In this document: one piece after another, positions 11,129 to 23,558 of the stretch
Layout of the letters: each line of letters opens with the position of its first letter
Position numbering within the stretch: the stretch's first letter is position 1
Assembly (NCBI GenBank): GCA_964016885.1
Contig: OZ024747.1
Location: forward strand, 13,702,001-13,766,000
Direction: 5' to 3'
From: Eledone cirrhosa
Lineage: Eukaryota
DNA length: 64,000 nucleotides
The notes under the pieces: model-generated
What the model saw: only the letters and a program-made list of their open reading frames with translations
Databases searched by the model: none
Told to the model about the DNA's origin: nothing
Program-made: the position numbers and the translations under genes

Positions 11129-14100
11129 TCATCATCATCATCATCATCAACGTTTAACGTCCGTGTTCCACGCTTGCATGGGTTTGGACGGGGGTAGTCC
11201 CACTTGAGGCAAGAGTGATTGTCTTGCTCGCATAGGACTGTCTGGCAGGTTTTCTACAGTTGGATGCCCTTCCTAACACCAACCACATTTACAGTGTGGG
11301 TCTGGGAGGTTTTTACCGTGTTGCCTACACGGCCACATTACAGCGTGGACTGTGTGTTTTTTTGTCGTGACACCTACACGGTCTCATTTGTTTCGGCCTG
11401 GATGGCGCGGCACCAACATAACTTTACATAGAACGGGGTGGTGTGGATCGGGTGGGGGTGGTGGTGGTGGGACGGGGTGTATTTTGTTAGAGATGCCTAC
11501 TGGCTGGAGTAGGTTTTACTATATATTTAGGTAAGGCGGGTCTTCTCTGTTACTGAGTACCGCCAAAGGTCTCGGTCCAGTGACATTGTCTTGGAGAGGT
11601 GTAAGTGTGTGATGTCGGAGTTTATCAGCTCGTCCCAGGTTTTTCTAGGTCTGCCTATTCCGTGACTACCGTCTATCTTTATTGCCCTGCACTTTGTTAT
11701 ACAGCTATCGACTTTCATGCGCATCACGTGTCCATACCAACGTAGCCTTCTCTCGAGTAAACAACATCTGATCCCTCTTATCTCTAATTTTTTCCTTAGT
11801 TCGTTTATGCTTTGCCGTTCACGTATATTACTGTTACACATCCAGCGGAGCATGCAAGCTTCGTTCCTCTCTAGTCTGCGTATATCCTCTGCACACAATG
11901 CCCAGGTCTCACTGCCATGCAGCATTGCTGTTCGTATGCAGGCATCGTACAACCTGCCTTTCATTTTTAGTGAGAACCCTTTAGCAGCTAATAGTGGTAT
12001 AAGCTCTCTGAACTTTTTCCAACCAGTTCTGACTCTAGCTACAGTACTTTCAGAGCACCCTCCCCCACTGCTGATTTTATCGCCCAGGTAACGGAAGCTG
12101 TCCACTATTTCTATAGAACCCTCTGCGCAATTGAAAGAGCTAGTAGTTTGTGGGCACTTGCTGCTACTTATTGCACCAGAGCACCGGCCACATGTAAAAT
12201 CTATGTTCTTAGTTAGCTTACCTGTGATCCCACTACATCTTTTATGCACCCATACTTTGCATTTAGGACATAAAATGGAGTTTCTACCTACGCCTTTCCT
12301 ACACACCGAGCACGACCATTTCCCAGAAGGGACCGCCGCCTTGTTTTCTTTCCTACAAACTAGTACTTTGGTCTTAGCCAGGTTAATTTTAAGTCCTTTT
12401 GACTCTAGGCCGTGCTTCCATGTTTGGAATTTCTTCTCTAGCTCGGCCATTGATTCCGCTATGAGTGTCAGGTCGTCTGCGTATAGGAGTTCCCATGGGC
12501 AGCCTGTCTTGAACTCCTCTGTTATAGCCTGAAGGGCAATAATAAATAGTAGTGGACTGAGAACAGAGCCCTGATGGACGCCAACTTTTACACTAAACTC
12601 TTCACTATATTCGTTGTTAATTCTAACCTTGCTGACTGTTTCTTTATACATGGCTTGTATAGCCCTCACAAGCCATTCGTCAACGCCTAGTTTTCTAAGA
12701 GCCCACCAGATAATGGAGCGGGGGACTCTGTCGAAGGCTTTCTCCAAGTCGACAAAAGCTAAGTAGAGGGGTTTACCTTTAGCTAGGTACTTCTCCTGTA
12801 GTTGTCGTACTATGAAAAGAGCGTCTGTGGTACTTTTGCCTGACACAAACCCGAACTGCATTTCATCTAGGTCAATTCTCTCTCTGATTAGTTGCGCTAT
12901 TACTCTTTCCGTGACCTTCATGACCTGGTCGATTAATTTAATGCCTCTATAGTTACTCCTATCTAGGGCGTCTCCTTTACCCTTATAACAGTTAACGATG
13001 ATGCTGCTATGCCAGTCCTTCGGAACAACCCCATTCTGTACGACTTGGTTAACTATGCGGGTGACCATGGTGTGTCCCACCGTGCCAGATGCCTTCAGCA
13101 TCTCAGCAACTATTTCCGAAGGCCCAGCCGCCTTACCAGTCTTCATATCCTTGATTGCCTTACTTATTATACTCCCCTCGACTAACACTGCTGGTCCCTC
13201 TATTGGGTCGATATGGGGGAGACTGCCTTTCTCCCAATTATTCTCCTCATTTAGAAGCCTTTCATAGTGACACTTCCAAGCTACCTTCTTATCAGCGTCG
13301 GTGATGGCAAGTGTGCCATCGTCGTTTAGTACACACTTCTCCCCGACAATATCACGGTTTTCCTTGACGCATTGCCTAGCAATCCTGAACACCTCACGTT
13401 TTTGGTCATCGCGTTGTAGAACATGCTTGAACTTTCTTTCCTCAGCTTCCCTTCTTGCTAAGTACACTTGTCTCCTAGCTTCCCTCCTGGCCACTTGATA
13501 GTCCTCTCTACTTCCCCCATCCCGCCATACTTTCCAAGCCTGCTTTTTGGCCTTAATTGACCCCTCCACCTTACTGTTCCACCACCATGTTACTCTCCTC
13601 CTGCCTACAGGCCTGCTCCAGCCACAGACCTCGTCTGTCGCCAACAGCAGGTTTGCTTTCAGAAATTCCCACTCTCCCTCTATATTGTCCGACTCTAAAT
13701 GTTCTTCCTTACTGTCGAAAGCATCAAGTAATATGCTTTGAAATTTATTCCTGGCTGTGGGGTCCTTTAGCTTCCATATTTTCCTCCTGAGGATAGTCCT
13801 CTTCTGTTGTCGAGTACATCTCGTCCTGACTATGAGGTCGCTAATTATCAGTCTATGTTGGGAGGTGCATTCTTCATGGGGGAGGGATTTAGTGTTAACA
13901 ACAGACACTCTGTCACGTCTTCTGGTAAGGATATAATCTACCTGGCTTGTGTGTTCCCCGGATCTATAGGTGATCAGGTGATTGTCACGTTTTTTGAAGT
14001 TAGTGTTACAGATAGTTAGGTTATTTGCATCACAGAATTCCAGGATTCTGGAGCCTTCCTCATTTCTAGTACCAAACCCATAGCCTCCATGGATTTCGTC

Positions 14101-14634
14101 GTAGCCGTCACAATGTTGTCCAACGTGACCATTTAGGTCGCCTGCGATAATTATATAGTCACTGTCGGATATTTGGGAGGTAGTTAGCATCAGTGTCTCA
14201 TAGAATCTGTCTTTTATAGTGCCGGGCAGTCCGGATTGGGGTGCGTACGCAGATATTACTGTCACCGTAGTTCTATTGAGGACAAGTCGTATTTTAATTA
14301 TTCTGTCGTTCACTCTATTTACGTCTATTATCTTATCTGCCCACTTTTCTGCTACCATGATTCCTACTCCACCCAGCCCATCGTCGTTTCCCACCCAGAA
14401 AAGCTTATAACATCGTTTTTTACCCTCAATGAACCTAGCAGACCCACCCCTCCACCTGGTCTCTTGAATACAACAAACATCGACCTCCTTACGTTCAAGC
14501 ATTTCTACAACCTCGTTAGCGCGACCCTTTAGGGTGCCTACATTTATGGTACCAACTCTGAAGTTTTGGATTGCGTTTGGGGGTTGGGGGCGGTGAGGGG
14601 CGGGGGGCGATGGGGTTATGTTAGCCGTCCGCGG
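11129..14634 (-). mobile_element. RTE-clade LINE, ORF intact, 5' UTR absent/truncated, (GAT)n tail
   Basis: Single APE-RT ORF and ~400-nt 3' UTR ending CCGTCCAAACCCATGCAAGCGTGGAACACGGACGTTAAACGTT(GAT)n. Both ends abut TA/TATG repeats. CpGs are retained, suggesting a young copy. Confidence 0.95.
11527..14634 (-). CDS. RTE LINE polyprotein: AP endonuclease + reverse transcriptase + PHD-type finger (991 aa from Met at 14502; frame open to the element edge)
   Basis: APE motifs [11 protein letters not shown] (upstream of the first Met), [33 protein letters not shown] motifs [48 protein letters not shown] (YADD at 12472-12483), FRYLG. RTE C-terminus [18 protein letters not shown]. Confidence 0.96.
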   Translation of the reverse strand, partial: PRTANITPSPPAPHRPQPPNAIQNFRVGTINVGTLKGRANEVVEMLERKEVDVCCIQETRWRGGSARFIEGKKRCYKLFWVGNDDGLGGVGIMVAEKWADKIIDVNRVNDRIIKIRLVLNRTTVTVISAYAPQSGLPGTIKDRFYETLMLTTSQISDSDYIIIAGDLNGHVGQHCDGYDEIHGGYGFGTRNEEGSRILEFCDANNLTICNTNFKKRDNHLITYRSGEHTSQVDYILTRRRDRVSVVNTKSLPHEECTSQHRLIISDLIVRTRCTRQQKRTILRRKIWKLKDPTARNKFQSILLDAFDSKEEHLESDNIEGEWEFLKANLLLATDEVCGWSRPVGRRRVTWWWNSKVEGSIKAKKQAWKVWRDGGSREDYQVARREARRQVYLARREAEERKFKHVLQRDDQKREVFRIARQCVKENRDIVGEKCVLNDDGTLAITDADKKVAWKCHYERLLNEENNWEKGSLPHIDPIEGPAVLVEGSIISKAIKDMKTGKAAGPSEIVAEMLKASGTVGHTMVTRIVNQVVQNGVVPKDWHSSIIVNCYKGKGDALDRSNYRGIKLIDQVMKVTERVIAQLIRERIDLDEMQFGFVSGKSTTDALFIVRQLQEKYLAKGKPLYLAFVDLEKAFDRVPRSIIWWALRKLGVDEWLVRAIQAMYKETVSKVRINNEYSEEFSVKVGVHQGSVLSPLLFIIALQAITEEFKTGCPWELLYADDLTLIAESMAELEKKFQTWKHGLESKGLKINLAKTKVLVCRKENKAAVPSGKWSCSVCRKGVGRNSILCPKCKVWVHKRCSGITGKLTKNIDFTCGRCSGAISSSKCPQTTSSFNCAEGSIEIVDSFRYLGDKISSGGGCSESTVARVRTGWKKFRELIPLLAAKGFSLKMKGRLYDACIRTAMLHGSETWALCAEDIRRLERNEACMLRWMCNSNIRERQSINELRKKLEIRGIRCCLLERRLRWYGHVMRMKVDSCITKCRAIKIDGSHGIGRPRKTWDELINSDITHLHLSKTMSLDRDLWRYSVTEKTRLT

Positions 14635-14686
14635 TATATATGTATATATATGTATGTATATATGTATATATATGTATGTATATATG

Positions 14687-14721
<35 letters not shown>

Positions 14722-14806
14722 GTATATATATGTATGTATATATGTATATATATGTATGTATATATGTATATGTATGTATATATGTATATATATGTATGTA
14801 TATATG

Positions 14807-14841
<35 letters not shown>

Positions 14842-14899
14842 GTATATATATGTATGTATATATGTATATATATGTATGTATATATGTATGTATATATGT

Positions 14900-14949
<50 letters not shown>

Positions 14950-15053
14950 GTATATATATATGTATGTATATGTATATATATGTATGTATATGTATATATA
15001 TGTATGTATATGTATATATATGTATGTATATGTATATATATGTATGTATATGT

Positions 15054-15084
<31 letters not shown>

Positions 15085-15094
15085 TGTATATATG

Positions 15095-15125
<31 letters not shown>

Positions 15126-15160
15126 GTATATATGTATATATATGTATGTATGTATATATG

Positions 15161-15197
<37 letters not shown>

Positions 15198-15226
15198 GTA
15201 TATATATATGTATGTATATATATGTG

Positions 15227-15263
<37 letters not shown>

Positions 15264-15316
15264 GTATATATATATGTATGTATATATATGTATATATATA
15301 TGTATGTATATATATG

Positions 15317-15355
<39 letters not shown>

Positions 15356-15424
15356 GTATATATATATGTATGTATATGTATGTGTATATATATATATGTA
15401 TGTGTATATATATATATATATGTG

Positions 15425-15456
<32 letters not shown>

Positions 15457-15484
15457 AATGTATGTATATGTATATGTATGTGTG

Positions 15485-15520
<36 letters not shown>

Positions 15521-16505
15521 TAAATGTATATATATGTATATATATATGTATGTATATATTATGTATGTATAAATGTATATATATGTATATATATATGTAT
15601 GTATATATTATGTATGTATACATGTATATATATGTGTATATGTATGTATGTGTATATGTATATATATGTATGTATGTGTATATATATATATGTATGTATA
15701 TATATATGTATGTATATATATATATGTATATATGTATGTATATATATATATGTATGTATATATATATATGTATATATGTATGTATATATATATATGTATA
15801 TATGTATGTATATATATATATGTATATATGTATGTATATATATATGTATATATATATATGTATATATGTAGGTATATATATATGTATATATGTATGTATA
15901 TATATATATGTATATATGTATGTATATATATATATGTATATATGTATGTATATATATATATGTATATATGTATGTATATATATATGTATATATATATATG
16001 TATATATGTAGGTATATATATATGTATATATATATGTATATATGTAGGTATATATATATGTATATATGTATGTATATATATATGTATATATGTATGTATA
16101 TATATATGTATATATGTATGTATATATATATGTATATATGTATGTATATATATATGTATGTATATATATATGTATGTATGTATATATGTATATATATATG
16201 TATGTATATATATATGTATGTATATATATATGTATGTATATATATATATGTATGTATATATATATGTATGTATATATATATGTATGTATATATATATGTA
16301 TATATATATGTATATATATATGTATGTATATATATATGTATATATATATGTATGTATATATGTATGTATATATGTATGTATATATGTATGTATATATGTA
16401 TGTATATATGTATATATATATGTATATATATATATGTATGTATATATATATGTATATATATATATATATATATGTATGTATATGTATGTATGTATATGTA
16501 TGTAT

Positions 16506-16561
<56 letters not shown>

Positions 16562-16570
16562 ATATATATG

Positions 16571-16601
<31 letters not shown>

Positions 16602-16623
16602 GTATATATATATATGTATGTAT
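14635..16623. repeat. Compound (TA)n/(TATG)n microsatellite
   Basis: Direct reading; same strand polarity as 9793-11128. Confidence 0.98.
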
Positions 16624-16868
16624 AGATTTTGAGTTTATGTTGGTTGTATACCACTCCAGTTCCCCAGTGAATTAACAACCCAACAAGGAACTGGGCATAT
16701 CAGAGTATTGACAATATCATACACCTAAACAACATATGTACTTGTCTATACCATACTAATTCAAACTGCCTGAAGAGGTCACAGCCAAAGATGGCTGTCA
16801 CTGAAATACATATAGCAGTAATAAACGAAGCTAAATTTTAATCATTTGACTTTTATTTAACTTTATTT
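16624..16868 (+). mobile_element. ~245-bp hammerhead-bearing non-coding island (Penelope pLTR-like / retrozyme-like)
   Basis: Unique sequence between two kb-scale TA tracts. Contains the hammerhead below followed by AATAAA. Homologous to 50020-50198 (-) over ~170 bp. Confidence 0.7.
16765..16819 (+). ncRNA. Hammerhead ribozyme motif (type I, minimal stem III)
   Basis: ACTGC CTGAAGA GGTCACAGCC AAAGAT GGCTGTCACT GAAA TA CA TA T A GCAGT AATAAA. Stem I 5 bp perfect, stem II 9/10 bp, AUA triplet (cut after 16814). Confidence 0.75.
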
Positions 16869-19592
<2,724 letters not shown>

Positions 19593-20040
19593 GATATGCA
19601 TATATTTTATTGTAATTCCTTTCAAATCTAGTTTGCAATATTGGAATCAACCCCAGTATCAGACTGATACTTTATTTTATTGACCTCGGATGGATGAAAG
19701 GCAAAGTCAACCTTGACATCATTTGAAATATATATATGTGTATATAATTACATATACATGGACTCCATATCTATCTATATAGGAGCCCACTTGGTTGTTG
19801 TGGCGCTGATAATGTTGTTAGAACTCAATGTACCCTAGGAAGGGTAGTTGCTGCTGGAAGCGGCAGTATGACCAGTAGTTCTTGTGGTAGGTGGTTGTGG
19901 CCCAAGGTATCCTTGAAAAAAATCAATCCAGGTTACAGAGTCATGTCTGTTTGAACAATAAAAACAGAAGTCAGGTGTAGGGAGAAAGTTAGTTAATTGT
20001 TTTACATACACACACACACACATAATCATCATCACCGTTT

Positions 20041-20074
<34 letters not shown>

Positions 20075-20075
<1 letters not shown>

Positions 20076-20532
20076 ATCATCATCACCGTTTTACATCCGT
20101 TCTTCCACGCTAGCATGGGTTAGACGGGTTGTCCTGTTGTGGGCAGTGTCTGGTCGGCTGACCATGTCTTGCTCATACAGGAACTGATTTGGCTTGATTT
20201 CTACAGCTGGATGCCCTTCCTAACACTAACCTTATTTACAGTGGGTGCTGGGTGCTTTTTCGTGGCGCCTACACGTCCACTTTACAGTGGGTGCTGGGTG
20301 CTTTTTCGTGGCGCCTACACGTCCACTTTACAGTGTGGGCTGGGTGCTTTTTTGCTGTGGCACCTCCACGACCACCTTGCGGTGGGGGCATATTGTCTAT
20401 ATGCTTCAGCTTGTACCCATGGGAGGTCGGGTCCTCTGTATTACTGCGTGATGCCAGAGGTCAGGGTCGTGTGTCATCGCCTTTGAGAGGTGTAATTGGG
20501 TAAGGTCGGCTTTCATCACCTCATCCCAGGTC
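20075..20532 (-). mobile_element. 5'-truncated RTE copy (ORF C-terminus + 3' UTR with tandem ~46-bp modules)
   Basis: Encodes TWDEVMKADLTQLHLSKAMTHDPDLWHHAVIQRTRP (compare [36 protein letters not shown]). Then three GTGG..GG(T/C)GCCAC..AAAAAGCACCCAG..CACTGTAAA modules, the AGGAAGGGCATCC box, terminal stem-loop and (GAT)n. 5' end abuts (TA)n. Confidence 0.85.
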
Positions 20533-20564
<32 letters not shown>

Positions 20565-20923
20565 CTGGTATGTATACACGACTGCTGCTTTTCTACAAAA
20601 ACACCTTGCTTGGGTGTGTGCCTTGAAGGGGAACTTTTTTAGATGCAAAACCTATGGTCATTTAGAATGTTACCGAAGGGTTTCTTTGCTCATTATATAT
20701 ATGTATATAGTGCAATTTGGTCAGGAATATTCAAAGTTGGGAGAGCACTCACTTTGTGGAAAGAGTTGTAGTATATAGATGTTTATTACACTAACTATGG
20801 TGTCATTTACAAAAAATAGTTAAAATAGGCTGAAGATCTGGGGTCTGTCTTAGTGAAAATCTGAAACATAAATCTAGAGATAAATTGTACCTAGATAACA
20901 CCATAGGTAGTGTTTTATATGCG

Positions 20924-20954
<31 letters not shown>

Positions 20955-20966
20955 ACACTGGGATTT

Positions 20967-21027
20967 TTTCATTCTGATGATTGAAAGCAAAATTTGTTTG
21001 CTTTTAAGAAACCACTGGTAAATGAAA
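20967..21027 (+). ncRNA. Hammerhead ribozyme motif (type I, fully paired)
   Basis: TTTCATT CTGATGA TTGAAAGCAAA ATTTG TTTGCTTTTAA GAAA CC ACT GG T A AATGAAA. Stem I 7/7 bp, stem II 11/11 bp (1 GU), stem III 3 bp + 3-nt loop, GUA triplet (cut after 21020). Island lies between TA tracts. Confidence 0.85.
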
Positions 21028-21987
21028 TAATTGCCTTATGTTGTTTATTACATAACTATATATATAATATATATAAAACACAAAAACCACTATGTATATG
21101 AAATATGACCCCCCTCCTCCCCCCTTCTCATTCATGCCTGAGAAGGCAGTAACACTCACTTTGCTTTTGATAGTCCAGTCCAACCCATTCCAGTATGGCA
21201 AAGCAGACCTTAAATAATTATGAACATTAATTTACTGATGTATATCTGAAGCTGAGTGTTTTCTTATTTTGTGGAGAGATAATATCTTTGTAATGATGAT
21301 AATATATAATGTAGTGACCAGTCAGTATTGACATGTCCAGCCCTGTCTAGCAGGGAAAATAGATATTGAATTATATATATGTATATACCTAGGGTGGGTA
21401 AAATTCATATATATATATATAAATATATTATGGCATTTAGATCAATACATTGCTAAAAGCATAGAAGCCATTGCAATTATTTCAACCTTGTTACCTGAAA
21501 ATCTACTGAATGATAACACGTGCAAAAAGAACTTGTTTCAGAGCAAACTCAGAATAAGTTCACAGAACAGCAATACCTGAATGGAGCATGTTAAGGCTGA
21601 TAACAATCAAAGGAATCTAATACGTGTGTGTGATCATTAAAACACTAACCAATATATAGACAATTATATGTAAACTTCACCAAATGTAAGAAGATAAGAT
21701 TTGTATTCTTTTGTTGTTTAAGCTGGAAAGCTAAGCTAGTCAGGCTAAAGATAGTTTTAGCTTTTCTTGAAAGTTACTGACCAATTTACCACTGTATCTC
21801 AATGTTTGCCATTACTAATCTGTTATCTAAAGGCAGTTTAGTTTGTCAAAACAACTTTGTTTTTTTTTACTTATCGTTTTGGAAGCTACCTTAAAGCACA
21901 AAGTTCATAAAGAACAAATTAACTTACAAATCTGTATTTGGCTGTATAAAAATATGAATTAGAATTTCTCAGGTTGTGAGATAAAGA

Positions 21988-22223
21988 TTAACTCTTTTAA
22001 TTCAAAACCACCAGACACCACTCCAAGTTCTATGATACAGAATTGTTTGTTTTAAATAGTTTATATTTATCTAAAAGCCTCCCATCATAATATAATGTAA
22101 GAAACTTCTTAAACAAACACCAGATTAATAAGAAAGTTAGTTATATTACTATATCCTTCCAAATTGTTTATTCTTTTCAAAATTATTTGAAAATCATAAG
22201 CAGTGTTTCTTTTTATTAGAAAT
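21988..22223. mobile_element. TTAA-flanked MITE, family 1 (decayed)
   Basis: TTAACTCTTT ... GGAAGGTTTAA with the family body GTTCTATGATACA..CCATCATAA..AAACACCAGATTAAT..AGAAATATGGTAA. Confidence 0.7.
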
Positions 22224-22719
22224 ATGGTAATGGAAGGTTTAACCTTTTCATGATCTTGTCTCCCATGTGTTTTTGAAAATAATAAAAAATGTAGCATTTA
22301 GTAATATAACTTATTTATCTGGTAGGCTTTTATAAGATAACGCAAACTACTTTACAGTATTTTAGGGGAGCTTTTTATCGTGACTTTGACACTACCACTT
22401 TACAAGATGGACTGGGTGCTTTTTATTGAGGCACTTGCACTACAGTGTAGACTGGACTCTGTTTGTCATGACATCAGCACCAGAGCAGCATTTGTTCTTG
22501 GGAACTTCATGCATCCTTCAAATGGTAATATACTGAATTATTCACTATCTAGAAATGTTTAATTGTCGGGTTACAGTATTTTCTTTTGTTAAAAGAAAGG
22601 CATGAGATTTTTTAATGGCTTTTGAGCTTGGGAAATATCTGTCACTTTTACTATCTTGTTAAAACATGTGTATATGTATTATTACATATGTGCATATGTT
22701 ATTATTAATGGTGTTTTGA

Positions 22720-22930
22720 GCTAAGAGTTCAATTCAGGGACTAGGTGGAGCATTGTGTCCTTTAGCAAGACACTTCATTTCACATTGCTCTAATTCACTC
22801 AGCTAAAAAAAAAAAAAACAGCACTAACTAGGGCTTAACTCTAATGGAGTGCTGTCCTGTCCAGGTGGTGGCGGTGGGTCTTTTACTCTGTCACTTAACA
22901 CTAATGAAACTGGGATAAGCTCCTGCCTGA
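22720..22930 (+). mobile_element. tRNA-derived SINE, family B
   Basis: GAGTTCAATTC B-box followed by TGTGTCCTT.AGCAAGACACTTCATTTCACATTGCTC..CACTCAGCT. Other copies at ~8820-8990(-), 24560-24850(-), 26140-26455(-), 33133-33420, 34145-34450, 38860-39050, 53118-53310, 57270-57440(-), 57500-57680(-). Confidence 0.75.
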
Positions 22931-23337
22931 TAAGCCTCTGGTCTTGGGACACTATTTTGTTAGTATGTAGCTCCAGATTAGTTTTGAGACAGCATACAGG
23001 TAGTCAGCTGATACATCTTCCCAGTTATACTATGTCTCCTCTCAGCTGAGGAGACTTACAGGTATAGGTTGAAAGAAGGATTGAGAGGATGAATCCTTCT
23101 GCTACTCCATTAAGGAAGTTGCAGGTTTTGGATGTTGTTCCTCTATAGGCTTAGCAGTTTGAACCTGTTTTGTGCTATGATTTGGAGAGAAGGAAGTGTG
23201 GGTTATTGATGTCAAAGATAAACCCTTTAAGAACTTTTTAGTCTCTATATAGGAAGATAATTCATTTACGTGATGTTACTTCACTTTAGTTTGCTTTATG
23301 ATTGTTATAATTCTGTGTATATCGCAAAAGAGGAATG

Positions 23338-23558
23338 TAACCCTTTGTTACCATATTTCTAATGATTTTCAACTAATTTGGAGGGATTTATTAATAAACT
23401 TACTTTCGCATTATTAAGCTGGTATCTGGAATATAACTTACCACACGTTTTTACATAGAATTATGATGGAAGGCTTTTAGATAAATATAAATACTTTAAA
23501 ACAGCCTTGTATTGTAGATCTGGGGCTGGTTTTAGGTAGTTTGCTATGAAAAGGATTA
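23338..23558. mobile_element. TTAA-flanked MITE, family 1 (opposite orientation)
   Basis: TAACCCTTTGTTACCATATTTCT ... TATGAAAAGGATTAA. Confidence 0.7.

Noticed and set aside
11717-14532. Several + strand ORFs overlapping the LINE
   Set aside because: Antisense shadows of the RT ORF with no independent features.
23037-23089. CTGAGGA..GAAA with pairable stems I and II
   Set aside because: No U-H cleavage site or stem III (GAAGGA follows GAAA); not a functional hammerhead, possibly chance.
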